From Candidatus Limnocylindria bacterium (GTDB lineage: Bacteria; Chloroflexota; Limnocylindria; P2-11E), in NCBI GenBank assembly GCA_041493915.1, contig JBGPZT010000002.1:1-61486 (forward strand): a stretch of 61,486 nt of DNA. The letters run 5' to 3'. A program made the position numbers and the translations under genes. How positions within the stretch are numbered: position 1 is the stretch's first letter; every line of letters starts with the position of its first letter. Of this stretch, positions 34,321 through 43,687 are shown one piece after another. The notes under the pieces were generated by a model. It worked only from the letters and a program-made list of their open reading frames with translations, was not told where the DNA came from and made no database searches.

Positions 34321-36221
34321 CTGCCCACATCGAGGTCGTACACGGCCCTGCCGGCGTCGCTCAGGATGAGCGTGATCTTCCACGAGCCGGCGTCGAGGCC
34401 CCCGAGCGTGAACCGGTAGCGGCCCGGCCCGAGCTCGGCGGCGTTCTCGACGCCCTCGAGCGGCCCCTGCGCGCTCGGCCCACTGAACGTCGCGCCCAGT
34501 TTCTTGCCCGTCACCGGATCGCCCTTCGAGTCCACCACGACGACATTGATAGTGATGGGTGCGCCGGCCTGCGGTTGGAACGGCTCCGAGAAGACGATGA
34601 GCTGGTAAGGGGGGACCGCGAGGACCTTCGTTGTCGCGTCCTGGCCTGCGGGCTGGGAGAGCGGCACTGTGAACAACGCGTGGATGTCCGGCCGGCCGGC
34701 CAGACGGACGATCGCCTCGACGTTCCAATGGCCGAGCATCGCCGTCGGGCTCCCCTCGGCGACGTACTCACCGGGCGCGCGTTCGGTCGTGACGAGCTCC
34801 TGCTCGCCCATGTCGTGCTCGACCATCGTGAAGCGCAGCGTGACCTTCTCCGCGCCCGTGATCGGCGTGAGGCCTTGCTGCACCCTGACGACGAAGCGGT
34901 TGCGTCCGGGGAGCGTGGTCGTGGTCAGCAGCTCGACCCGGATGCCGCCGGCGTGCTTGGTCTCGTCGAAGGCGGCGCCGTTCGCCTGCGCCGGCGGCGC
35001 GACCGAGGTGAGGAATGCCGCGGCGACGAGCACGCCCGCGAAGAGGGCGGTCTCACCGAGGACACCGCGCCGGAACTGCGCGCTCGCCGCCAGGCCCCGT
35101 CGCATGCGCGGCCCCCACACCAGCAGGTTGAGGGCGCCGAGCGCGAGCAGCCCGAGCAGCAGCAGGATCTTCGTGAGCAGCGCGATGCCGTACGGGGTCT
35201 CGACGAGATCCTCGACGAGGACCAGACGGTCGAGCGACTGCAGCGTCCCGGTGGTGACGATCACCGCCACCGCGGCGAGCGCCGTCAGCGAGAACCGCCA
35301 GACGGTCCGTCCGAGCTCCCGCGGGTCTTCGGCCCGCGCTGACGGCATCGCCACGTAGGAGAACGTGACGACGCCGCCGAGCCAGATCGAGATCGCGATG
35401 ACGTGCAGATAATCGAGCGCGACGTAGCGGAGGTCACCGCTCGCCGCGGCATGCGACACGAGCGTCGCGGTGAGACCGGCGGCGAGCCCGCAAAAGGCGA
35501 TCGCCTCGCGGCGCGCGTCCGCCAGCAGCAGGCGTGATGGCACGGCGAGCGTCGCCAGCGCCGCGACACCGGCGAGCGCACGCAATCCGAGCAGCGCGAG
35601 CAGCCGTCCTGGGATGTTCCCGCCCTGATTCAGGACGAGCAGTGCGCTGCCCGTCAGGAGCGCCGCGCCGCCGATGATCACGAGGCGCTGTTCGCGCCGC
35701 GTCTCCGCGCCGCCGGTCGGGACGCGGATGAACATCGTGAAGAATGCGAGGCCTGTCAGCAGCGCCATCCCGCCGTACGACAGCGAGCGTCCGGCGATCT
35801 CGAGCGCTGTTGGTGGAGGAGCGGACGGTCCGATGTCCTTGATCGCCGGGAGCGGCGCGTTGACGGCGAATGCGAATGCTCCCTTCGTCTCGTGACCATC
35901 GACGGCCGACACGGTCGTCCACGAGACGAGGTAACCGCCGTCGCCGACCGCACCGAGCGAGACGCGCAGCGTGTTCGCCTCGTCGCTCACCGCCGTCATG
36001 TCACGCTTGTCGAGCCGATTGCCGCTCACGTCGAGCACCGCGATGTCGCTTCCGCGCGCGTCCGGTGTCTCGCTGAACGTGACGCGCACCTCCGTCGGCG
36101 GCTTGGTCAGCTGAGCGTCGGACGCGGGGTTCGACCTGACGTAGTTCGCGTGCGCCGCCGCCGCGCCGCCCATCAGGACGAGGACGGACGCGGCGACGAG
36201 TGCCGCGAGGAGTCCGCGCAC
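34317..36221 (-). CDS. CopC-CopD fusion copper-resistance/uptake protein (YcnJ-like) with C-terminal extracytoplasmic domains
   Basis: After a signal peptide comes AHANYVRSNPASDAQL...VRVTFSE (CopC). This is followed by an 8-TM CopD-like region and Ig-like C-terminal domains. Confidence 0.85.
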   Translation of the reverse strand: MRGLLAALVAASVLVLMGGAAAAHANYVRSNPASDAQLTKPPTEVRVTFSETPDARGSDIAVLDVSGNRLDKRDMTAVSDEANTLRVSLGAVGDGGYLVSWTTVSAVDGHETKGAFAFAVNAPLPAIKDIGPSAPPPTALEIAGRSLSYGGMALLTGLAFFTMFIRVPTGGAETRREQRLVIIGGAALLTGSALLVLNQGGNIPGRLLALLGLRALAGVAALATLAVPSRLLLADARREAIAFCGLAAGLTATLVSHAAASGDLRYVALDYLHVIAISIWLGGVVTFSYVAMPSARAEDPRELGRTVWRFSLTALAAVAVIVTTGTLQSLDRLVLVEDLVETPYGIALLTKILLLLGLLALGALNLLVWGPRMRRGLAASAQFRRGVLGETALFAGVLVAAAFLTSVAPPAQANGAAFDETKHAGGIRVELLTTTTLPGRNRFVVRVQQGLTPITGAEKVTLRFTMVEHDMGEQELVTTERAPGEYVAEGSPTAMLGHWNVEAIVRLAGRPDIHALFTVPLSQPAGQDATTKVLAVPPYQLIVFSEPFQPQAGAPITINVVVVDSKGDPVTGKKLGATFSGPSAQGPLEGVENAAELGPGRYRFTLGGLDAGSWKITLILSDAGRAVYDLDVGR

Positions 36222-36817
36222 TAGGCGCGGCGCCGGGACATCGCGAAGGCCGCCCCGATGGCGACGATGCCGATGACGACGGCCGCGGCGGACAGCAGCC
36301 GTGTCTGATCGATGCCGCTCTGTAGGTCGTCGAGGCGCTTGCCGAGCTCGTCGCCGGCGGGCACCTTGGTCGGGTACTGGATCGCCGTCGTGGACTCAAC
36401 GTCGTCGAAGCGGCCCGGCCCGGACTCGAACGTCTCGTCGATGTCGAGAGTCGCGATCTTGCCCTTGATGTGGAAGGTGTATGTACCCGCCACGGTCGGC
36501 ATGAAATTGCCGTCGTACGCGCCGGGCGTGCCGAAGCGCGCGGCGAGGGTGAGCGGAAGCGGCGCGAGTCCGCCGGTCTGCAGATCGACCGTGAGCGTCT
36601 TCTCGAGACCCTCCACGGCCTTGTCCGATCGCGTGTCCGTGACATTCAGGTCGAGACCGTTCATGAGGCCGACGAATGCGGGCTCGGTCAGCCATCCGAC
36701 CTCGAACTCGTACGGCCCAACGGTGCGGCTCTCATGCGCCGCCGCGGTGCCCGCGAAGGCGATGAAGCTCGCGACGACGACCAGTGTCGCCGCAACGAGC
36801 GAGATAAGGCGCGTCAT
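36221..36817 (-). CDS. YcnI/DUF1775-like secreted copper-binding protein with C-terminal TM
   Basis: The signal peptide ends ...GTAAA-HESR, which would make His the mature N-terminus. It has a C-terminal anchor and sits next to the CopCD fusion, as ycnI does with ycnJ. Confidence 0.5.
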   Translation of the reverse strand: MTRLISLVAATLVVVASFIAFAGTAAAHESRTVGPYEFEVGWLTEPAFVGLMNGLDLNVTDTRSDKAVEGLEKTLTVDLQTGGLAPLPLTLAARFGTPGAYDGNFMPTVAGTYTFHIKGKIATLDIDETFESGPGRFDDVESTTAIQYPTKVPAGDELGKRLDDLQSGIDQTRLLSAAAVVIGIVAIGAAFAMSRRRA

Positions 36818-36875
36818 TTGACCCTCCTAGGTCTTTCGTGCCCGGCGTTCCCCGGGCCGTCCGCTCGCGGGAGGG

Positions 36876-37244
36876 TCAGACGCGTGGCGGTCCGAGGATG
36901 AGCGGCGAGCGCCACTGAGCCCGCGCGATCCGCTCCAGTCCGAGCTCCGCGACAGGGCGCCGCGCTGGTCGAAACAGCCGCGGCCATGCGAAGACGAGCA
37001 GGGCGAGCACGAACGAGTACGTCGTGACGTCCATGAAATGCTCGGTGAGAACGCCCTGGCGCGGATCGAAGCGCGCCTGAACGCCCGCGAGGAAGATCGG
37101 GAGGCGATACGCCGCGAGGACGTGGTCGTGATACTTCGGTGTCCCCGGCGGGTCGATGTGCGGCGCGACGACGAGCCCGGACCCAGCGAGCGTGGCGCCG
37201 GTGACGGCGAGCGCGAAGACGACGATGGCGATAAGGCGCATCAC
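36876..37244 (-). CDS. Hypothetical membrane protein
   Basis: 122 aa with two or three hydrophobic segments. Its start overlaps the Fur-family gene stop. Confidence 0.35.
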   Translation of the reverse strand: MMRLIAIVVFALAVTGATLAGSGLVVAPHIDPPGTPKYHDHVLAAYRLPIFLAGVQARFDPRQGVLTEHFMDVTTYSFVLALLVFAWPRLFRPARRPVAELGLERIARAQWRSPLILGPPRV

Positions 37245-37666
37245 TGAACAGAGGATACGTTCGAACAGACCTTGCAGATACCAACGATCGCCGAGTGCGC
37301 CAGGTCGGCCCGGAAGCCATGCTCGTCGCGCAGCCGGCGTGCGAGCGGCTCAAGGAGCTCGATCGGGAGCTCCTGCTCCGCCCCGCAGCTCCGGCAGACG
37401 AGGTGGCCGTGGCGCTGGGCATCGGCGCGGTGCCAGCGCGTCACGCGGTCGTCGAAGTGGCTGTGGGTCACATAGCCGAGCTCCTCGAGCGCTTCGAGGT
37501 TCCGGTAGACCGTTGAGGGGTCGATCTGCGGGTGGCGCGCGCGGATGCGCGTCGCGATGTCGTCCGCGGTCACGTGGTGACGCGCACGCTGCAGCGCCTC
37601 CAGCACGAGGCGGCGTTGAACGGTCATCCGTCTCCCGCTGGCTCGGAGTCGCTCGTCGATCTCCAT
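37241..37666 (-). CDS. Fur-family metalloregulator
   Basis: Has RMTVQRRLVLEAL... wHTH, HGHLVCRSCG and GICKVC zinc-site cysteines. Confidence 0.85.
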   Translation of the reverse strand: MEIDERLRASGRRMTVQRRLVLEALQRARHHVTADDIATRIRARHPQIDPSTVYRNLEALEELGYVTHSHFDDRVTRWHRADAQRHGHLVCRSCGAEQELPIELLEPLARRLRDEHGFRADLAHSAIVGICKVCSNVSSVQ

Positions 37667-37715
37667 CGCGCAAGCCTCGCGCAAACGCGAGCCTGTTGCA
37701 ACAGACCACTATTGC

Positions 37716-37733
37716 GGCTTATTGCGATAAGCC
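37716..37733. promoter_or_regulatory. 7-4-7 inverted repeat GGCTTAT-TGCG-ATAAGCC, candidate operator between the Fur-family gene and the NiCoT gene
   Basis: Read directly. The arms are perfectly complementary. It is a locally AT-rich patch in a divergent 73-91-nt intergenic region, with an additional direct TATTGCG x2. Confidence 0.4.
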
Positions 37734-37757
37734 CGGTCGCTCGATACGCTGCACTTC

Positions 37758-38675
37758 GTGGACCTCAGCGTTGTCGTGCTGCTGCTCGGTATGGCCGCGC
37801 TCGGCTTCCGGCACGGATTCGACTGGGACCACATTGCGGCGATCACCGATATCACGAGCACGACGACCGCGGGGCATGCGGAGGTCGACGTGCCGGCCGC
37901 GTCGCCGGTGACGCCGCACGGTCACGACGCCGGCGAGATGCGCGCGCACGTTCACGAGCACGCCGTGAGCGGACCGGGCGCGATGCATGCCTTTGGCGAG
38001 TCGCGTTTCGCGCACGAGCAGCGGCACGCGATCGGACTCGCGTCGCTCTACGCGCTGGGTCATGCGTCAGTCGTCCTGGTGCTCGGGGCAGTCGCGCTGA
38101 CGCTGGGCGCGGTCCTGCCCAGCTGGGTGGATCCGATCCTGGAGAAGGTCGTCGGCGTGACGCTGGTGTTGCTCGGTGCGTGGGTGATCTATTCGGTCGT
38201 GCAGTACCTGCGCGGCAAAGGCGAGTTCCGGATGCGGAGCCGCTGGATGCTCGTCTTCGATCTCGCGCGCAATGCCTGGGACGCGCTGCAGTCGCGCATC
38301 CACGGGCACGAGCACCGGCCGTCCGCGCACTCGACGCAGTACGGTCCGCGCACCGCGTTCGGGGTCGGGATGATCCATGGCATCGGCGCGGAAACGGGTT
38401 CGCAGGCGCTGCTTCTCGCGGGGATCGCGGGCGTCACGGGCACGACCGGGATCGTGATCCTCCTCGCCTTCGTCGTCGGTCTGCTCCTCTCGAACACGCT
38501 CGTCGCGGTCGTGAGCGCGAGCGGATTCATCGGAGCACAGCGGATGCGCACGCTCTACGTCATCGTGGGAGCGTTCGCGGGTGTCGCGAGCCTGGTCATC
38601 GGCGCGCTCTTCATCGTAGGTCTCGGGACCGCGCTGCCCGATCTGCAGCAGCTCCTCTTCGGCGGCGAAGGCTAG
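37758..38675 (+). CDS. Nickel/cobalt transporter, NiCoT/RcnA-like, with a His-rich loop
   Basis: Has the GFRHGFDWDHIAAITD signature (HxxxxDH) and the His-rich loop HGHDAGEMRAHVHEHA...HAFGESRFAHEQRH. Confidence 0.8.
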   Translation: MDLSVVVLLLGMAALGFRHGFDWDHIAAITDITSTTTAGHAEVDVPAASPVTPHGHDAGEMRAHVHEHAVSGPGAMHAFGESRFAHEQRHAIGLASLYALGHASVVLVLGAVALTLGAVLPSWVDPILEKVVGVTLVLLGAWVIYSVVQYLRGKGEFRMRSRWMLVFDLARNAWDALQSRIHGHEHRPSAHSTQYGPRTAFGVGMIHGIGAETGSQALLLAGIAGVTGTTGIVILLAFVVGLLLSNTLVAVVSASGFIGAQRMRTLYVIVGAFAGVASLVIGALFIVGLGTALPDLQQLLFGGEG

Positions 38676-39508
38676 AAGCCGGCGAGGATCTCCTGACCTT
38701 CGGCGGTCTTGATGAAATCGAAGAACGCGGCCACCGCGGGCTTCATCCGGGCGGGATCGGGGTGCACCGTGAGGATGATCGGCCGGCGTACCGGATAGGT
38801 GCCGCTGTTCACGTTGCGCGTCGTCGCGGCGATGCCGTCGAGCGCGAGTAATCGGAGGGTCGGGTCCTCCGCCGTCGTCTTCTGGATCGTGATCATCGCG
38901 ATCGCGCCCTTGAAGTCGCGCACGGCCTGGTAGGTCGAACCCGATTCGACGACCTCGATGACGTTCTTGCCGTACGTAGGCTTGCCACCGAAGAAGTAGG
39001 CCTCGAAGCTCGCGCGCGTCGAGCTGCCGCTCTCGCGAACGAGTGGCCGTATGTCGCCAGGCTGGCCGCCGACCTGCGACCAGTCGGTGGTCTCGCCTGA
39101 GTAGATCTTGCGGACCTGCTCCGTCGTCAGGGCGCCGATCGCATTCAGGGGGTTGACCGCGAGGCCGGTGCCGGTCCCCGCGTAGGGGATCGACGTGAGC
39201 CGCGTTGTCTCGTCGGGCTTGAGATCGCGGCTCAGGAAGCCGAAGTCCGCATCGCCGTTGGCGACCAGCGCGATGCTCGTTTCAGCGCCAACGTCCTCGA
39301 GCCTGAGCTCCACGCCGGGGTGCAGCGCCTGGAAACGCGTTGCCAGGGCGGTGAGGGATTCGAGGCCGGCGCCCGTGCCGACGCCCCGGTACTTCCCGGT
39401 GGGCAGGGTCGAAGCCGTCGGCGACCCGAGCGTCAGGCCGCCGCACGCGACGAGCGCCGTCGCCAGGAGGGCAGTGAGGTACACGCTGTGTCGCATCGGC
39501 TTGCGCAT
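38672..39508 (-). CDS. PstS-family (PBP-like 2) substrate-binding lipoprotein
   Basis: Has the lipobox LVACGG and a periplasmic binding fold with ...SGSSTRASFE... . It is an orphan with no adjacent permease. Confidence 0.65.
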   Translation of the reverse strand: MRKPMRHSVYLTALLATALVACGGLTLGSPTASTLPTGKYRGVGTGAGLESLTALATRFQALHPGVELRLEDVGAETSIALVANGDADFGFLSRDLKPDETTRLTSIPYAGTGTGLAVNPLNAIGALTTEQVRKIYSGETTDWSQVGGQPGDIRPLVRESGSSTRASFEAYFFGGKPTYGKNVIEVVESGSTYQAVRDFKGAIAMITIQKTTAEDPTLRLLALDGIAATTRNVNSGTYPVRRPIILTVHPDPARMKPAVAAFFDFIKTAEGQEILAGF

Positions 39509-39561
39509 TGTCGGTCATGTCCGCCTGAACGCGCGGGATCGAACCGATATCGTTCGGCGGG

Positions 39562-40674
39562 GTGAGGCCTGTCTCCGCGGCGCTCCGCTTCGGTCTTCTC
39601 GCCGCGGTCGCGCTGGTGGCGCTTGTCGGTTGCGAAGACATGAACCGCGGACAGGGGGTCAGCGTGCTCGACGCCCACGTCGTGCGCGTGATCGAGATCG
39701 GCGACCGCAATCCGGCGCCCATCGGTATGCGCCAGCCCTTCCAGCGGATCGAACTTCAGCTCGACAACGGCCTTTACCGCGGCGAGGTCGTCACGGTGGA
39801 GTGGGGCGGCCGCCGCGCGCTCGACTCGAATGGCTTCCTGCAGCCCGGCGACCGCGTGCTCGTCACGGAGACTCGCGAGGGCAGCGCGCGTACCTACTCG
39901 GTCGAGGAGATCGTCCGCCTCCCGGCCCTCGCACCGCTGGCGCTCGTGCTCTTCGTGGCACTGCTCGCCGTCGCGCGGCTTAAGGGGCTCGCCGCGCTCG
40001 CGGGACTTGCCGCGAGCATCGCGGTATTCCTGCTCGCGATCGTCCCGGCGCTGCAGCGCGGCGGCGATCCGCTCATCGCGACGCTGGTCGGCGCGGCGGG
40101 CGTCGTCACCGTGTCCGTGTTCGTCGTGCACGGCCTGAATCGCAAGAGCCTCGCCGCGCTCCTCGGCACGCTCGCCGGTCTGGTGGTGATCACTGTCGTC
40201 GCTGTCGTTGGCCTCACGACGCTGCGCCTGACCGGCCTCGGCACAGAGGATCAGATCGTCCTCGCGGTGGGCACCGACGGCCGCATCGACATGCCGCGGC
40301 TGGTCCTGGCGGGCGTCATCGTGGGTTCGCTCGGCGCGCTCGTGGACATGTGCGTCGGCCAGGCCTCGGCGACGATGGAGCTCGCCGCGGTGGAGCCGGG
40401 GCTGGGACCGGCGGAGCTCTATCGCTCGGCGCTGAACGTGGGCCACGACCACATCGGGTCCCTGGTGAACACGCTTGCGCTCGCATACTTCGGCGGAGCA
40501 CTCCCGCTCGTGCTCCTGCTCTCACTCGGCTTTCAGCCGTTGTCGGTCGCGCTCAACAGCGAGGAGATCGTCGCGTCGATCCTGACGGTGCTCGCCGCGA
40601 GCATCGGCCTTGTGTTGTGTGTGCCGGTCACCACGGCGATCGCGGTGTTCTTCGCGCGGCGCGGTCTGACCTAG
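39562..40674 (+). CDS. YibE/F-family membrane protein
   Basis: Has an N-terminal signal/anchor and a small beta domain (LQPGDRVLV), then about 7 TMs. The family call is from memory. Confidence 0.55.
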   Translation: MRPVSAALRFGLLAAVALVALVGCEDMNRGQGVSVLDAHVVRVIEIGDRNPAPIGMRQPFQRIELQLDNGLYRGEVVTVEWGGRRALDSNGFLQPGDRVLVTETREGSARTYSVEEIVRLPALAPLALVLFVALLAVARLKGLAALAGLAASIAVFLLAIVPALQRGGDPLIATLVGAAGVVTVSVFVVHGLNRKSLAALLGTLAGLVVITVVAVVGLTTLRLTGLGTEDQIVLAVGTDGRIDMPRLVLAGVIVGSLGALVDMCVGQASATMELAAVEPGLGPAELYRSALNVGHDHIGSLVNTLALAYFGGALPLVLLLSLGFQPLSVALNSEEIVASILTVLAASIGLVLCVPVTTAIAVFFARRGLT

Positions 40675-41117
40675 AGCGCGGCCCGTTCCCGGCGGCAGCG
40701 CGCGCAGAGGCCATAGAAGTCGAGCCGCTCGTGGTCCACCTGGAAGTCATGGCGATCGCGGATCCCGCGGAGGACCGGGCGCAGGATGGTCTCGTCGACG
40801 TCCTCGACGCGCTGGCAGCTCGTGCACACCAGGTGATGGTGGTGTTCCGAGACGCAGGCGACGTACGCGGAGACGTGACCCGGTCGCTCGAGCCGCGTCG
40901 CCATTCCGGCTTCGACCTGCGCCTCAAGCGCCCGGTACACAGTGGCGAGGCCGAGGCGCGGATGGCCACGGTGCAGGCGCTCGTACAGCTCCTGCGCCGA
41001 CACTGCCTGCCGCTCGGCGGCGAGCGCCTGCGCGACGATGACCCGCTGCTTCGTGAGCCGCCTGCCGCGCGAGGTGATCCGCTTCGCGAGGGCCGTTCGG
41101 CTCGCGGTTCGTTGCAT
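40671..41117 (-). CDS. Fur-family metalloregulator (Zur/Mur-like)
   Basis: Has RLTKQRVIVAQAL... wHTH, HHHHLVCTSCQ and GLCARC. Confidence 0.85.
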   Translation of the reverse strand: MQRTASRTALAKRITSRGRRLTKQRVIVAQALAAERQAVSAQELYERLHRGHPRLGLATVYRALEAQVEAGMATRLERPGHVSAYVACVSEHHHHLVCTSCQRVEDVDETILRPVLRGIRDRHDFQVDHERLDFYGLCARCRRERAAL

Positions 41118-41150
41118 GTGGACAGCATACGCCTCGCATCAGGAGTTTCG

Positions 41151-41176
41151 AGTATGATTCTCATTAATCTGTTGAG
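41151..41176. promoter_or_regulatory. AT-rich Fur-box-like operator (core ATGA-TTC-TCAT)
   Basis: agtATGATTCTCATtaatctgttgag is the only strongly AT-rich patch in the divergent region between the Fur-family gene and the metal ABC operon. Confidence 0.4.
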
Positions 41177-41203
41177 ACCCATTCTCGCGAGGAGACAGCT
41201 TCG

Positions 41204-42064
41204 ATGCGGAAGTTCGCGGTCGTGCTCGTGTTCCTGTTCGGAGCATTGCCGCTCGCCGGGTGTGGCGTCGTCTCGAGCGGCAGCCCACAGATCCTGGCGA
41301 CGACGACGATCCTCGCTGACATGGCGAAGCAGGTCGCGGGCGACCGGATGACGGTCGGCTCGATCGTGCCGGCCGGCGCACACGTCGAGGAGTACGAGCC
41401 ACGACCGGACGACGCGAAGCGGATGTCCGAAGCACGGCTGGTCATCACGAACGGCCTGGATCTCGACAAATGGGTCGAGCCGCTCCTCCGTAACGCGAAG
41501 GCGGGAACCGCGGTCGTGACCGTGAGCGATGGTCTGCCGGATATCGATGGGAATCCGCACATGTGGTTCGACCCCGCCCTCGCGCGGCGGTACGTCGAAG
41601 TGATCCGGGACGCGCTTATCGCGCTCGACCAGCAGGGTAAGGAGCTCTACACGGTCAGCGCGCTGAAGTACTCGAGCGAGCTCCTGACGCTGGACGTGGA
41701 GCTCAAGGGGAAGGTCGCCACGATCCCCGCGGACCGCCGCAGGCTCGTGACCTCGCACGACGCGTTCCCGTATTTCGCGAGGGCGTTCGGCTTCGAGATC
41801 GTCGGCTTCGCGCAGCCGGAGCCCGGAAAGCCCCCATCAGCCGGCGAGCTCGCTGATCTCGTCCAGAAGGTGAGGGCCGCGAAGGTGCCCGCGATCTTCT
41901 CCGAGGCCGGCGGCTCGCCCCAGCTCGCGGAGACGGTCGCGAAGGAGACGGGGGCGAAGGTCGTGACGGATCTGCCCACCGACAGCCTGCTCGACAAGCC
42001 TGCCGACTCGTACCTCGGACTCATGCGCGTGGTCGTCGACAAGATCGTCGCCGCGCTGGAATAG
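41204..42064 (+). CDS. Metal (Zn/Mn) ABC transporter substrate-binding lipoprotein, TroA/ZnuA-type
   Basis: Has the lipobox PLAGCG and the ...NPHMWFDP... motif typical of cluster-9 SBPs. Confidence 0.9.
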   Translation: MRKFAVVLVFLFGALPLAGCGVVSSGSPQILATTTILADMAKQVAGDRMTVGSIVPAGAHVEEYEPRPDDAKRMSEARLVITNGLDLDKWVEPLLRNAKAGTAVVTVSDGLPDIDGNPHMWFDPALARRYVEVIRDALIALDQQGKELYTVSALKYSSELLTLDVELKGKVATIPADRRRLVTSHDAFPYFARAFGFEIVGFAQPEPGKPPSAGELADLVQKVRAAKVPAIFSEAGGSPQLAETVAKETGAKVVTDLPTDSLLDKPADSYLGLMRVVVDKIVAALE

Positions 42065-42072
42065 CCGAAGAG

Positions 42073-42864
42073 GTGCGGTCGCCGGCTCGCGTATCGTCGC
42101 CGCCCGTGAGCGGACCCGCGGTCATCGAGCTGCGCGGCGTCCGCGCCGGCTACGACGGACGGACGGTCATCGAAGGCGTCGATCTGACCGTGCGCCGCGG
42201 CGAGCTCGTCGCACTGGTCGGCGCCAACGGCGCGGGGAAATCGACGCTGCTGAAGCTCATCGTCGGTCTGCTCCGCCCCTACGAGGGGAGCGTCAGCGTG
42301 CTCGGGTCCCCGCCGGGCGCGAGCGCGCGGCGTCTGGCCTACCTACCGCAGGCGGAGACGGTGCAGTGGGACTACCCGCTGCGCGTGGAGGACGTCGTCC
42401 TCATGGGACGGGTCGCGCACGCCGCGCCCGGACGCGGACCATCCTCGACGGACCGAGATGCCGCGCGTGACGCGCTCGGGCGCGTCGAGGCGGCGGACCT
42501 CGCGCGCCGGCCGATCCAGGCGCTGTCGGGCGGACAGCGCCAACGCGTGCTCCTCGCACGCACCCTGGCGTCCGATCCCGAGCTCCTGCTGCTCGACGAG
42601 CCCGCGACCGGGGTGGACCCGACGACGGAGGAACACCTGATGGGGATCCTCGCCGAGCTCGCGGCGAACGGCCGCACGATCCTCGTTTCGACACACGACC
42701 TCGCGGGTGTGATGGCGCACTTCCCGCGGGTCCTGGCGATGAACGGCGGCATCGTCGCCGACGGGGATGCCTCGATCCTGCGTGATGATGCGATCCTGCG
42801 GCGCACGTACGGCGGTCACCGCACCGCGTCGCCCCAGCTGGTCGGGGACGAGCACCATGCCTGA
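42073..42864 (+). CDS. Metal ABC transporter ATP-binding protein
   Basis: Has Walker A GANGAGKST, signature LSGGQRQR and Walker B LLLLDEPA. Confidence 0.9.
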   Translation: MRSPARVSSPPVSGPAVIELRGVRAGYDGRTVIEGVDLTVRRGELVALVGANGAGKSTLLKLIVGLLRPYEGSVSVLGSPPGASARRLAYLPQAETVQWDYPLRVEDVVLMGRVAHAAPGRGPSSTDRDAARDALGRVEAADLARRPIQALSGGQRQRVLLARTLASDPELLLLDEPATGVDPTTEEHLMGILAELAANGRTILVSTHDLAGVMAHFPRVLAMNGGIVADGDASILRDDAILRRTYGGHRTASPQLVGDEHHA

Positions 42865-43687
42865 TCTCCTCGAGCCGCTCCAGTACGCGTTCGTGCAACG
42901 CGCGCTGCTCGCCGCGGTCCTCGTCGCGCTGGTGTGCGCGAGCGTCGGCGTGTTCGTGGTGCTGAGGGGACTCGCCTTCCTGGGCGACGCGATCGCGCAC
43001 GCGGCGTTCCCCGGCGTCGTTATCGCGTTCCTGATGAAGATCAACATCGTGATCGGAGGCTCGATCGCGGCCGTCGCGGCGGCGCTCGCGATCGGTGCTG
43101 TCGCCCGCCGGTCCGGACTGAAGGAGGACACCGCCATCGGTGTGGTGTTCTCCGGCATGTTCGCGGTCGGCATCGTCCTCTTCAGCAGCATCCGAACGTA
43201 CACCGGGGACCTTCTCGGCATCCTGTTCGGCGACGTGCTCGGCGTCGCGACCGAACAGCTCGTTCTCGCCGCCATCACGGCCGCCGTCGTCTTGGCGGCC
43301 CTGTGGATGATCTGGCGGCAGCTCGTGTTCGTGAGCTTCGATCCGATCGGCGCGGCCGCCGCCGGCCTCAACACGCTGCGCTACGACACGCTGCTCCTGG
43401 GGCTCATCGGTCTCGCGATCGCCGTTTCGGTGCAGATCGTGGGCGTCGTCCTCGTGGTGGCGATGCTCGTAACGCCGGCCGCAACCGCGCGGCTTCTCGC
43501 GCCGGACCTGCGCGCGCTGGTCGTCGGCGCGTTGCTCGCAGCCGTGGTCTCGTCGGTCGCGGGCATCTGGCTCAGCTATTACGTGAATGCGGCGTCGGGT
43601 GGCACCATCGTGCTCGTGGCAACGACGCTGTTCGGTCTCGTCTGGATCGGGCGGTCGATCGCGCGGAGCCGTGTGGCGGCCGGTTAG
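42857..43687 (+). CDS. Metal ABC transporter permease (ABC-3 family)
   Basis: Starts MPDLLEPLQYAFVQRAL and contains ...LGDAIAHAAFPGV... . About 8 TMs. The start overlaps the ATPase stop by 8 nt. Confidence 0.9.
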   Translation: MPDLLEPLQYAFVQRALLAAVLVALVCASVGVFVVLRGLAFLGDAIAHAAFPGVVIAFLMKINIVIGGSIAAVAAALAIGAVARRSGLKEDTAIGVVFSGMFAVGIVLFSSIRTYTGDLLGILFGDVLGVATEQLVLAAITAAVVLAALWMIWRQLVFVSFDPIGAAAAGLNTLRYDTLLLGLIGLAIAVSVQIVGVVLVVAMLVTPAATARLLAPDLRALVVGALLAAVVSSVAGIWLSYYVNAASGGTIVLVATTLFGLVWIGRSIARSRVAAG

